Assembly: GCA_021807125.1 (NCBI GenBank)
Contig: JAKAPK010000002.1
Span: 140,253-204,252, forward strand
Source: Nanobdellota archaeon
Lineage (GTDB): Archaea; Nanobdellota; Nanobdellia; Parvarchaeales; Parvarchaeaceae
DNA: 64,000 nt
Reading direction: 5' to 3'
Shown here in pieces: positions 18,692 through 27,168 of this stretch; positions within the stretch are counted from its first letter, which is position 1; each line of letters opens with the position of its first letter. The translations under genes and the position numbers were made by a program. A model generated the notes under the pieces. The model searched no databases. It was not told the origin of the DNA and saw only the letters and a list, made by a program, of their open reading frames with translations.

Positions 18692-19741
18692 TTAGCCCAT
18701 TATAAACTTGGCGGTCTTTTCGATGTCAAAATTAATTAAATCATCGTATCCCTGTCCGGTACCGAGAAACAAAACTGGTTTTTTTGTTGTGTGCGCTATG
18801 GAAAGAACTGCGCCGCCCTTTTTATCGACGTCGGCCTTAGACAGGATACTTGCATCTATCCCAATTTCGCTGTCAAATATTCTCGCTTGATTGACTGCAT
18901 CATTACCGGCCAATGCGTCTCCAATAAATATTGTCTTATCGGGTTTGCTTACGCGTTTAACTTTCTTTAGTTCTTCTATAAGATTCTTGTTTATGTCGCT
19001 CCTGCCTGCTGTATCTATGAGTACAACGTCTGAGTTGACGTTCTTGGCGTGTTTTATCGCATCGAAAGCAACTGCCGCTGGGTCTGCACCGTAATTATGC
19101 TTTACTAAATCTATTCCTAAATTTTTGCAGTGTATAGCCAACTGCTCTATAGAAGCCGCCCTAAACGTATCGCTTGCGGAAACTGTAATGTTCATGCCGT
19201 TTTTCTTAAGAAGATTCGCAAGTTTGGCAAGAGTTGTAGTCTTTCCAGAACCGTTCACACCGACTAAAAGCAACACATAAGGTTTTTTACTCCGAACTTC
19301 TGAGAGAAATTTTTCCTCGGGATAGCTCAGGAGCACAGACTCTATGCTTTTCTTAATAGCGTATTCTATCTCCGATCTGGTGTTTAAAACAGATATCTCT
19401 TTGCCCATTAATTCTGTCTTTAGATCTTTGTGAATGTCGTCTAGAACTGACAGCGCGACGTTGTTTTCTGCTAATGCGGATTTTATACCAAGGTATATCT
19501 CGTCTATATCCGACTCTGTAATTTTATGTGATATTATGTGCCGCTTTTCCTTCTTTTTCTCGACCACGACGGCTTTTTGTGCTACGTTATGGTGTTCTGT
19601 CGCCTTGTGCGTTTCTACAGATTTTTGGGGTTTGTTTGTTTCTTTCTCTTTAACGGCTTCTTCGGCTTTCTCTTCTCCTACGATTTTCTTCTGTATTACG
19701 TTTATAGAATCCTTGATTTTTTTCTTTATAAAATCAAACAT
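18692..19741 (-). CDS. ftsY: SRP receptor FtsY
   Basis: GVNGSGKTT, DTFRAAS, DTAGR, SKAD and GTGQ GTPase motifs. Confidence 0.96.
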   Translation of the reverse strand: MFDFIKKKIKDSINVIQKKIVGEEKAEEAVKEKETNKPQKSVETHKATEHHNVAQKAVVVEKKKEKRHIISHKITESDIDEIYLGIKSALAENNVALSVLDDIHKDLKTELMGKEISVLNTRSEIEYAIKKSIESVLLSYPEEKFLSEVRSKKPYVLLLVGVNGSGKTTTLAKLANLLKKNGMNITVSASDTFRAASIEQLAIHCKNLGIDLVKHNYGADPAAVAFDAIKHAKNVNSDVVLIDTAGRSDINKNLIEELKKVKRVSKPDKTIFIGDALAGNDAVNQARIFDSEIGIDASILSKADVDKKGGAVLSIAHTTKKPVLFLGTGQGYDDLINFDIEKTAKFIMG

Positions 19742-19746
19742 ATTAT

Positions 19747-20178
19747 CTATTTATTCAGGCTATTCTGGTACTCTTCGTATAGTTTTGACGTCTCTTGTTC
19801 TATTTTTGCACCGCGTTCCTGTAATTGTTGTATTATGGTTGCCATCTGTTCTATGTTCTTTGATACTTCGTTCATGTCGCCCTGTAGCTTCTCTTCAAGA
19901 CGTTTTAGGTCGTATTTCTTGAATATGTTGCTGCCTATGTTTACTATGGCAGTAGACGTATCTGATACGGTACCTTTAAAAAATATTTCTGGACTGTAAG
20001 ATATCATAATCTCCTTGCTGTTCTTTCCAAGCCTGCTAAGTCCATCCAAAGATTTTTGTATTGTCTCCTGAGTTAGTTGTAATGTATTTATACCGCTTAT
20101 GTAACTTTCTAATTCCCGTCTTATGTATTCTATTTCAAGTAGTCTGTTGCTTAGTTCACTCTCGTCGACTTCCATCAC
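19747..20178 (-). CDS. pfdA: Prefoldin alpha subunit
   Basis: Coiled coil, beta hairpins (IVNIGSNIF), coiled coil; conserved position before ftsY. Confidence 0.88.
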   Translation of the reverse strand: MMEVDESELSNRLLEIEYIRRELESYISGINTLQLTQETIQKSLDGLSRLGKNSKEIMISYSPEIFFKGTVSDTSTAIVNIGSNIFKKYDLKRLEEKLQGDMNEVSKNIEQMATIIQQLQERGAKIEQETSKLYEEYQNSLNK

Positions 20179-20450
20179 TTGCTTTCGCTGGCTGCAGTGC
20201 CTATTAATTTAACGGATACTTTTCCACTGTCATCCTTGCTACACATGACTCTCAGTCTTACAGGTGGGTTCTTGCCGCCTTTTTTGAATATTTCGTTATT
20301 GACTTCGTTATCTATAGAAACTTCTTTAGCTTTCATGTGCCTGGAAACGTAAGTTCTTACGAATTTTGCTGCGGAGCCGCTACTTTTGTATGGAGCTACA
20401 CGTTCCTTCGCTCGTCTAAGATTTATATTTAATATTCTTTGCTCTGCCAT
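20175..20450 (-). CDS. rpl31e: 50S ribosomal protein L31e
   Basis: ILNINLRR, VRTYVSRHMK, IDNEVNNEIFKKG, PPVRLRV. Confidence 0.92.
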   Translation of the reverse strand: MAEQRILNINLRRAKERVAPYKSSGSAAKFVRTYVSRHMKAKEVSIDNEVNNEIFKKGGKNPPVRLRVMCSKDDSGKVSVKLIGTAASESK

Positions 20451-20453
20451 TGT

Positions 20454-20600
20454 TTATCTACCAACGTTTCGGTTAAGGCGCGACCTGTCGGTATGCCTCT
20501 TTCCAAATTTTCTTAGCACCGCAAACACTGGCGGTCTGCTAGTCTTTCTTGCGTGCTTTATAAGTGCTCTCTTATTTCGTGCTGACTTGTTTCGTGTCAT
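20454..20600 (-). CDS. rpl39e: 50S ribosomal protein L39e (48 aa, missed by ORF track)
   Basis: MTRNKSARNKRALIKHARKTSRPPVFAVLRKFGKRHTDRSRLNRNVGR*; canonical position before rpl31e. Confidence 0.85.
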   Translation of the reverse strand: MTRNKSARNKRALIKHARKTSRPPVFAVLRKFGKRHTDRSRLNRNVGR

Positions 20601-20601
20601 A

Positions 20602-20883
20602 TTATTTAAAGTTTATTTTTGAATCTTTCTTTTCTCCTGACATAGCCATAAGAAGCTCCTTGAGCTTTTTATCGTCTATAATTTCCTTCAATTGGTTTGA
20701 AAGGGCAGCCTGCAAAAGCATGTTTTCCACTGCATCGGCTAGATCCTGATGTGCATATCTTAAATTTGAAAGTCTCTCTCTCGCTTCCTTTGTCAAGTAT
20801 TGAGAGAACACCTGTCTTTTTACGTCCTCAAGCTTTTTCTTTCGCTCGAGCGCTTGATCTTCGGCTGGATTCAAAAATTGCAT
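20602..20883 (-). CDS. PDCD5-like DNA-binding protein
   Basis: QYLTKEARERLSNLR...AVENMLLQ...IDDKKLKELL; canonical position after rps19e. Confidence 0.88.
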   Translation of the reverse strand: MQFLNPAEDQALERKKKLEDVKRQVFSQYLTKEARERLSNLRYAHQDLADAVENMLLQAALSNQLKEIIDDKKLKELLMAMSGEKKDSKINFK

Positions 20884-20884
20884 A

Positions 20885-21310
20885 TTACCTCTGATTCTTT
20901 GCGACCTTGTCCACGAAAGCTATGCCTTTCGGTGTTATTAGGCGGCCATAATGGTTACCTACCTTTGCTTTCTTTATAAATTGTGCCGCTTCCAACTGTT
21001 GAAGTATCTTTCTTATTATGGCGCCGCCTGCTAGCTTAAAATGTTTGCCTGCGTAAGTATTTTTTGTTTTGTTACCATAAGTTGTCCTTAGCCTGTTGAC
21101 TCCAAGCGGTTTATGATCCACATAAAATCTTCTAAGTATGCCCGCGCCTCTCAAAAACCACCAATCCCTTTGGGAAGGTATTCTATCATTAGCTGGTCCT
21201 GTTTTTACAAATTGCGACCACACTGGTGCGGAAAGAATCTTGTCTTTCTTTAACTCTTCGGCCATAGCCAAAGTAAGTTTTCCCTGTTCTACGTCAAATC
21301 CTCTTATCAT
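20885..21310 (-). CDS. rps19e: 30S ribosomal protein S19e
   Basis: PVWSQFVKTG, DWWFLRGA, GGAIIRKILQQLE, GRLITPKG. Confidence 0.96.
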   Translation of the reverse strand: MIRGFDVEQGKLTLAMAEELKKDKILSAPVWSQFVKTGPANDRIPSQRDWWFLRGAGILRRFYVDHKPLGVNRLRTTYGNKTKNTYAGKHFKLAGGAIIRKILQQLEAAQFIKKAKVGNHYGRLITPKGIAFVDKVAKNQR

Positions 21311-21596
21311 AACCTAATTTTTTTGTTTTCCCGCAATTTAGGCACTTGTAATCGAGCATGCCCGATTTAAGCCTAACAACCGCGGTCTTGCCGGGTATAA
21401 GTAATGTATTGCATTTTTTACATATTAAAAGCTTTTCATTCTTTTCAAGCCTCAATTTCTTTGACAATATAAGCCTCCTTGCTATGTAAGAATACCTAAG
21501 AGAAAGGGCCCTGTGACTGTCGTAAGTCTCTCTGGCCATTCCAACGAGCTTGTGCAAGTCTTCCTTGAAAATCTTCGAATTTTTTGTGTATATCAT
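21294..21596 (-). CDS. rnp4: RNase P protein Rpp21
   Basis: ICKKCNTLLIPG...YKCLNCG zinc ribbon; canonical position before rps19e. Confidence 0.88.
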   Translation of the reverse strand: MIYTKNSKIFKEDLHKLVGMARETYDSHRALSLRYSYIARRLILSKKLRLEKNEKLLICKKCNTLLIPGKTAVVRLKSGMLDYKCLNCGKTKKLGYDKRI

Positions 21597-21730
21597 ATCT
21601 GGTATAACCTTGAGTGTTTACAATATTTAAATTATAATACTACGGAAAGCTTTATAAAGAAGATTAATCAATTACTAAGTAAGAATTTTGTAGCGTATTT
21701 GGTCTACAAAAGCAATTATTCGGAGGTAAT

Positions 21731-21883
21731 ATGGCCAAGAAAATGGAAAAGAAGAGTAAGAATAAAGAAGAGGAAAAAGAAGAGGAAGAGTTTGAGGAGC
21801 AAGAGTCTGACTTAGATGAAGATGAAGATCTAGAAGAAGAGCTAGAGGACGAAGAAGAGGATGACGAAGGCTCGGACGAGTAA
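21731..21883 (+). CDS. Small basic-head/acidic-tail protein, 50 aa (missed by ORF track)
   Basis: MAKKMEKKSKNKEEEKEEEEFEEQESDLDEDEDLEEELEDEEEDDEGSDE*; SD GGAGGT at 21722-21727; T-run terminator after the stop. Confidence 0.75.
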   Translation: MAKKMEKKSKNKEEEKEEEEFEEQESDLDEDEDLEEELEDEEEDDEGSDE

Positions 21884-21910
21884 ATTTTGCTTTTTTATTT
21901 TTTTAACTTT
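21884..21910 (+). terminator. Archaeal oligo-T terminator
   Basis: ATTTTGCTTTTTTATTTTTTTAACTTT immediately after the TAA of the acidic microprotein. Confidence 0.55.
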
Positions 21911-21912
21911 AT

Positions 21913-22410
21913 TTAGTTTTTCTTTAATTCAACTGTAAGCACGCCATCGGACAATTCATAAGAAGATAATCTGTATCGTTTGTCCACCGGTATTATTTTC
22001 ATATATAATTTTTTGCCTGCGAATGCCCTTATTTCGAGGGAGTTTTCCATCCTGGTTATAGTTACATCGGATCTTTTAGTAACGTCTGGTAACATTATCC
22101 TGTGGATGGATGAGTTACCGCTCTTAACCGCATCGTCCATTGGTTCTACAACTTGATCAACTTTTTGAGCAGGCCGTGTAAGGTCAGCTTTACTTTGTCT
22201 TGTAGGGGGCCTTTTGACGTTTGTTGGCTGCGAATTCGCGCCAGAAATCGATATCAGATTATTGAACATAGGGGATAACTTATTTACCATGTCTTGCACC
22301 ATATTCATAAGCTTATTGCTTTGCATTGGCGATAGCATATTGCCGCAGTAAGGACAAAAATCCCAGTTTCTCTCCATCTCCTTCCCGCACATTGAACATT
22401 GTCTCTGCAT
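21913..22410 (-). CDS. Zinc-ribbon plus Hsp20-like domain protein
   Basis: N-terminal CSMCG...FCPYCG; C-terminal IMLPDV...LEIRAFAGKKLYMKII...DGVLTVEL resembles an alpha-crystallin domain. Start set at MQRQC. Confidence 0.72.
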   Translation of the reverse strand: MQRQCSMCGKEMERNWDFCPYCGNMLSPMQSNKLMNMVQDMVNKLSPMFNNLISISGANSQPTNVKRPPTRQSKADLTRPAQKVDQVVEPMDDAVKSGNSSIHRIMLPDVTKRSDVTITRMENSLEIRAFAGKKLYMKIIPVDKRYRLSSYELSDGVLTVELKKN

Positions 22411-22524
22411 AAACCAATTTAAAACATAGAACATATTAAACGTTTTACATGTAATGCCGATAATTGAATTTATCGCGAAAACGGGTTAAGAAAAGGTTAA
22501 ATTTCTTAATTGAGAAGGTATTCT

Positions 22525-22773
22525 ATGGTAAGCGGAGATTCAATAGGTTATCTTAAATTATTATCGGTAATAGTCGGTTTGATATTTGTAAGTGCCGCGG
22601 TATCGCAGCTTTTAATATCTGTGCCGTACCTCACTCATTATTCCGGAAAGGCATTGAGTTATATTCCTTTTAATCTGCAAACGGTTTCTTGGGTCGTGCT
22701 TGTTGTTGGAATAATCCTTATAATAGTCGGTGTATTTGCATCAGAGATGGGCAAGTATTTCTCATATTATTGA
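22525..22773 (+). CDS. Small two-TM membrane protein
   Basis: Two hydrophobic helices; ATG at 22525 after GAAGGT. Confidence 0.6.
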   Translation: MVSGDSIGYLKLLSVIVGLIFVSAAVSQLLISVPYLTHYSGKALSYIPFNLQTVSWVVLVVGIILIIVGVFASEMGKYFSYY

Positions 22774-22774
22774 T

Positions 22775-22990
22775 ATGGGCTTTGTAGGCACTAGTATAAC
22801 GGACGAGGATGCTGAAGTTATATTGACTTCCTTAGTCAGAGCCTATTCGGTTATACCTTCTGAAGCAAGACAGTTTATTCCTCCCCTAGAAATAATGTTA
22901 GAGGCGATACCGCAGGAAGCAAGAAAGTATCCTCTTGAAGACGTAATAAAATTGCTTGCGTGGGCTGGTAAGAACCAGATAGTCATATAA
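22775..22990 (+). CDS. Hypothetical protein (71 aa)
   Basis: ATG 1 nt after the upstream TGA (coupled); MGFVGTSITDEDAEVIL... Confidence 0.6.
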   Translation: MGFVGTSITDEDAEVILTSLVRAYSVIPSEARQFIPPLEIMLEAIPQEARKYPLEDVIKLLAWAGKNQIVI

Positions 22991-23017
22991 ACTCTAGTAA
23001 TTTATCGTTGTTATAAT

Positions 23018-23650
23018 TTATGCCTGAGGACCGCTATTTGTTTTGCGCAAAACTGCTCTTAAATAAGACCACGAAATTGACCTGGCCCAATTTGTAAATG
23101 GCGGGCACTTTAACATTCTGCTCTTTTCCTTCCGACTCCCGGAGGAGGTATCGGTGGCTTCTGACAGTACTCTGACCTTGTAACCGCGCCACCTTAGTTC
23201 CTGTGCAGTGGATAAGACGCAACAGTCTAAAGTTAAACCTATCAACACTACAATGTCGAGGTCTTTCGGCTTGCCGACCAAGGAAGACAACCACTTTGTA
23301 AAGGCTTTCGGGTCCTGATACGGAAGACCGGGCTCGCGACCGGGATCGCCTATATTGTTTCTGGTCCATATTGGTGAGTTCATACATTTTATCCAAACCG
23401 GTTTAAGCTTTACGTCATCGGGTATTTGAGATCCGTAACCGAAAGTGCCTGGATTACAGCAATCGCCTAGGTCTCCCGGTCTCGGCTGTCTGTAGTCCGA
23501 TATTATTTCCGTTATTTTTATACTGTGTTCACGCAGAAATGGCATGAGAGTATCTGCTATGAAGCTTACTGAAGGCCGCAAAGCGTAGTGTTTTCCTCTT
23601 GGCGAAGCAAAATCGTTTTGAAGGTCTACGCAGACTATTTTTATCTTCAT
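23018..23650 (-). CDS. Isochorismatase-like cysteine hydrolase
   Basis: VCVDLQNDF, IKC, GLTLDCCVLSTA and VLSEAT family motifs. Confidence 0.85.
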   Translation of the reverse strand: MKIKIVCVDLQNDFASPRGKHYALRPSVSFIADTLMPFLREHSIKITEIISDYRQPRPGDLGDCCNPGTFGYGSQIPDDVKLKPVWIKCMNSPIWTRNNIGDPGREPGLPYQDPKAFTKWLSSLVGKPKDLDIVVLIGLTLDCCVLSTAQELRWRGYKVRVLSEATDTSSGSRKEKSRMLKCPPFTNWARSISWSYLRAVLRKTNSGPQA

Positions 23651-23693
23651 AACTTTTAGAATCGTCACCTGTGTAAGATACAAAGAACATTGT

Positions 23694-24089
23694 CTACCTG
23701 TAAGAAGTCTGTTTCAACGCTCTGGCTGCGCTACGGTAAGGTTTTTGTGGCTCCGTCATTCTTTTATCATCGACCAGAAGCGTTCTGTCATATTCTAAGA
23801 ATCTCTTTTTAAGTGACTTCTCGCGCCTGGCCAGACTCTTTGCTATTACTGCTCTTATGGCCTGCGCACGTGCCATCGCCCCACCGCCAAATACTCGTAT
23901 ATTAACGTCATATTTATTCGCTAGTTCTCCAGCTATGGATAACGGCTCTGAAACCATTAACTGCAATACTCTGTCACCATAAGCTGAAAGGCTCTTGTTG
24001 TTTATGGTTATCCTGCCGCTGCCGTCACTTATGATTCCGGACGCTACAGCAGATTTTCTTTTCGCTATAAGGCTCACGTTCTTTTTCAT
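23694..24089 (-). CDS. rps9: 30S ribosomal protein S9
   Basis: KRKSAVA, VFGGGAMARAQAIR, YDRTLLVDDKR, QTSYR. Confidence 0.96.
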   Translation of the reverse strand: MKKNVSLIAKRKSAVASGIISDGSGRITINNKSLSAYGDRVLQLMVSEPLSIAGELANKYDVNIRVFGGGAMARAQAIRAVIAKSLARREKSLKKRFLEYDRTLLVDDKRMTEPQKPYRSAARALKQTSYR

Positions 24090-24499
24090 ATCTGTTTAGT
24101 CTTAAGTATGTTTGAAAGTTCTCCTATTTTTACTTTGTGCACCGGTCTGTCCGATCTTACTTTCGCAATTTCCTCTTTTGGTTTGTCCTTTAAATCGTCC
24201 GGCGTACCTTCATAAACTGTTATGTGCCTCATGGCTTCCATTCCGCGCACGCTCTTTCTTTTAACCATCCCGCGTATGGTGCGTTTTACGAGCCCTATAA
24301 CTGTCCTTGAATGGAACGGCCCTTTCGAAGTTGAACCGACGTGTATACGTTGAAAATATCTGTCGACTATGTCGTTCTTGCTGCCTATTATAACGGCATC
24401 GCTTGCGTTCACTATAATGACTTGTTCTCCGCTAAGAGCAGCTTTCGCCGCTTGTGTTGCCATTCTTCCCAATACAGAGTCCTTTGCATCTATTATCAT
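24086..24499 (-). CDS. rpl13: 50S ribosomal protein L13
   Basis: IIDAKDSVLGRMAT, GPFHSR, KRTIRGM, ITVYEGTP. Confidence 0.96.
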   Translation of the reverse strand: MIIDAKDSVLGRMATQAAKAALSGEQVIIVNASDAVIIGSKNDIVDRYFQRIHVGSTSKGPFHSRTVIGLVKRTIRGMVKRKSVRGMEAMRHITVYEGTPDDLKDKPKEEIAKVRSDRPVHKVKIGELSNILKTKQI

Positions 24500-24539
24500 A
24501 TTGAATATCTATTTTATCATAATTTACTGTAATTTAAAG

Positions 24540-24980
24540 TTATCTGTGACGTTTCGCTGACATGTATATCCTTAAGGTGCTTAATATGAGCATGAATAGT
24601 ATTACGGCCATGATTATAGCTTCTGCTATGGCGTTCTGTATGCTGTTATATTGATTTAATGTGTACACCTGTCCGGCGGTTATAAGAAAACTGGTCTCAT
24701 CTGTTATAAAGCCAACGCCAAGGCCAAATAGCCACGCAAGAAAATATTTTAGCCTTGGCATTCGGAATTTTTCCTCATAATAAAAAAAAGATGCTAATCC
24801 AGAAAATATAACTAATACTATTCCATAAAAAAAATGATGTAACGTTACTCCGCTCAAGGTTAGATTGAGATCGCCGCCAAAGTATATGTATGCGCGCGCG
24901 ATTATAACGGCCGAGAAAAACCCTATCACGACGTAAAAAAACGTGTTCTTGAGTATTGATTGTCTAAGACCTATTCTCAT
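24540..24980 (-). CDS. Hypothetical membrane protein (HHxxYG motif)
   Basis: Four TM helices; LHHFFYG and GFITDE motifs. Confidence 0.65.
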   Translation of the reverse strand: MRIGLRQSILKNTFFYVVIGFFSAVIIARAYIYFGGDLNLTLSGVTLHHFFYGIVLVIFSGLASFFYYEEKFRMPRLKYFLAWLFGLGVGFITDETSFLITAGQVYTLNQYNSIQNAIAEAIIMAVILFMLILSTLRIYMSAKRHR

Positions 24981-25016
24981 ATGGTTTTAAACTACGGTAA
25001 CTTTAAATAATTTGGT

Positions 25017-25100
25017 GGGCCGGTAGTCCAACGGCAAGACGCCACGTTCGCATTAATACGAAAATCGTGGAGACTTCGGGTTCAAATCCCGACCGGTCCA
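25017..25100 (+). tRNA. tRNA-Ala(CGC) with 12-nt intron at 37/38 (25053-25064)
   Basis: Acceptor GGGCCGG/CCGGTCC carries the G3:U70 Ala determinant; anticodon stem CCACG/CGTGG; TTCG pairs with intron CGAA in a BHB-type motif; T arm TCGGG-TTCAAAT-CCCGA. Confidence 0.92.
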
Positions 25101-25158
25101 TTATTTACGCAAGTACTCTGCAAAAAGGCTCAATTTCTAGCGAACGCCTTTATTAGAT

Positions 25159-25385
25159 TTATAAGCAATGGATAAATATTTCATACGGATTTATTACAGT
25201 CTTTTCTAGTCCATTATCCCTGTAAATTTTCAGAGTGTTCGCCATCATGATAAGCTTCTTTGAATAAATGAAAACTGCTTTCTTTGGCAATTTTGCCGGT
25301 TTGCCATTGGTACCGAAACCTTCGCCGGGATTAAATATCGCGTCGAGCGAGTGTTTTTCTCCAATTTTGGGAAGATTGCTCCCAT
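25159..25385 (-). pseudogene. Frameshifted, truncated gene fragment (possibly nucleoside-phosphorylase N-terminus)
   Basis: ATG frame MGAIFPKLEK joins a second frame HSLDAIFNPGEGFG...LPKKAVFIYSKKL if one A is added in an A5 run; ends at TAA 25159-25161. Family call is weak recall. Confidence 0.3.
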
Positions 25386-25439
25386 AATTTTATTTAAAAG
25401 TTTTTCATAAATTAATGCATAGTTTGTTTGTAATGGGTT

Positions 25440-25913
25440 TCAATTTAAAAGCAAACGCATTACGTAACCGTCGCTGCTCTGGTGGTCTATCTTAAAAGAG
25501 AATCTGTTATAGAAGGGGACTAATTCTGGTTTGCACTCCAGATATACTTTGCTACAGCCTTCATTTTGTGCTGTTTGTAGCAGATTCTTAATCAACCTCG
25601 AAGCGACTCCTTTGCGTCGGTAATCGGCGTCAGTTATAAGTCTCCGCATCCATGCGTGCTTTTCTGGCCCATTCCCTGATATATACAATGTAGCGGTGCC
25701 AACCGGAAAACCACCGTATTCACATAAATTTATGTAAGCGGACCTGTCTACGAGTAATGTTTCTAGTTTTTTATGCACTTTTTTGTCGCTTACAGAAAAT
25801 TGCAATTCTTTAATTAGAGCACTCCAGAATCGGCTTACGGTGGCTATATCGTCTTGAACTGCATATCTTACAGTTAAATCAGTACTCGTTTCTTTATACT
25901 CCATATTGCACAA
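25440..25913 (-). CDS. GNAT-family acetyltransferase
   Basis: LITDADYRRKGVASRLI acetyl-CoA motif A; VPFYNRFSF. Confidence 0.9.
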   Translation of the reverse strand: MCNMEYKETSTDLTVRYAVQDDIATVSRFWSALIKELQFSVSDKKVHKKLETLLVDRSAYINLCEYGGFPVGTATLYISGNGPEKHAWMRRLITDADYRRKGVASRLIKNLLQTAQNEGCSKVYLECKPELVPFYNRFSFKIDHQSSDGYVMRLLLN

Positions 25914-25923
25914 TTATAATTTT

Positions 25924-26394
25924 TCACCCGTTTGCTGAATCGCTCGAAGTGACTTCTCTAAGAGAATCTTCGGATTGGATTATCCTTGCCCACCCTTCAG
26001 AAGCATCTGGATTTGTCTCTCCTATCTTTTTTAATATCAAATCCCTTGCAAAGTTGTAAACTTCTTCTGGTTTTAGCCTATACATCACAATACTGCCTAA
26101 CCCAAGATTTGGCTGCATGTCTTCTGTTATGAGTGGATTTGCGGCTTTTAAGTATTCACAGTACCCTGTATAAAATCTTGACATGTCATAGGGGTCCGTC
26201 AATCGTCTAACTGCCTCACCTACCGGGTCCTTCGGATTAATCCTCTGGACTAGATCGAAAAGCGTGTTTCTTGCTATATTTTACCTGCCACTCTGATTGT
26301 ATGATAACGTGACATTCATATGCAGCAAATTGGAAAGTGCCGATCCTAGATTAAACCTGTTAAGACACTGGTGTAGTCTGCCGAATAGTTTCAT
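25924..26394 (-). pseudogene. Hypothetical gene interrupted by an in-frame TAA (26281-26283)
   Basis: ATG at 26394, 1 nt after the upstream TGA; same frame open for 37 codons, one TAA, then open through the ORF-track 92-aa piece. Confidence 0.6.
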
Positions 26395-26395
26395 A

Positions 26396-27022
26396 TCACT
26401 TTTTGGACGGTGCACCGCAGTGTTCGCATGTGGCATTGTTCGGCGTTCCTAATCCGCAGTATTCACATGTTCTTGTTGGGTCGGATATTTTTGTTTCAAA
26501 GCCGTTTTTAACGCGTTTTCTCCATGTCTCCAGTGTGTCCAGCATCACATTGTTACCGAGTTTATTATGGATATGTGTGCCTAGTTTTTTCAATTCTGAA
26601 AAAGTTTCAAGAGGCTTATTACTTTCATCGCGTATGTCATCGCCGCCGAAAAAAGTATTATATATATAATAACTTGAAGGTTCTTGAGTAGTAAGATAAA
26701 GGGGACATTTGTCGCCTTTACCCTCGTGTCCGCCTAGAGGGTTCAATCCAACGTACATCATGCCGATTATTTGATTGTGAGTTATCTTTGTTTGTACAGT
26801 TCTTTTCTTGAATAGCCCTAATTCCTTTGATTCGACTTTTTCAGTTGTACGATAAATTAGATAAGAAGTCGCATCATCCTTTCTTTCATATCTTTTTATA
26901 TCGAGGCCAAGTTTCTGTGCCACATCTGATATGGCGAGTTCCAGATTGCTTAGTTTTTCCTCTGCAGCCTCTGTTTTCGATGCAGGTATTGTTATTCCGT
27001 TTTCCTCAGCGTAGTTTACCAT
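26396..27022 (-). CDS. Hypothetical protein with C-terminal zinc ribbon
   Basis: CEYCG...CEHCG at the C-terminus; SD GGAGG and BRE/TATA GAAAAGCTTTATATAT upstream. Confidence 0.75.
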   Translation of the reverse strand: MVNYAEENGITIPASKTEAAEEKLSNLELAISDVAQKLGLDIKRYERKDDATSYLIYRTTEKVESKELGLFKKRTVQTKITHNQIIGMMYVGLNPLGGHEGKGDKCPLYLTTQEPSSYYIYNTFFGGDDIRDESNKPLETFSELKKLGTHIHNKLGNNVMLDTLETWRKRVKNGFETKISDPTRTCEYCGLGTPNNATCEHCGAPSKK

Positions 27023-27168
27023 ATGTTAATCCTCCGTTTTCATTTTATAGAACTCAGGTAATATATAAAGCTTTTCATTATATAGTAGTTAATTATTTTT
27101 TATTCAAACGTTAGATTTTCAAGACAAAATTAATGCTTAAAGCTGTGTTGAACGCTGTTAATCCGAAA

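Noticed and set aside
21513-21815. 100-aa plus-strand ORF in the ORF track
   Set aside because: Overlaps rnp4 antisense and reads the acidic microprotein in the wrong frame; the SD and terminator support the 21731-21883 frame.
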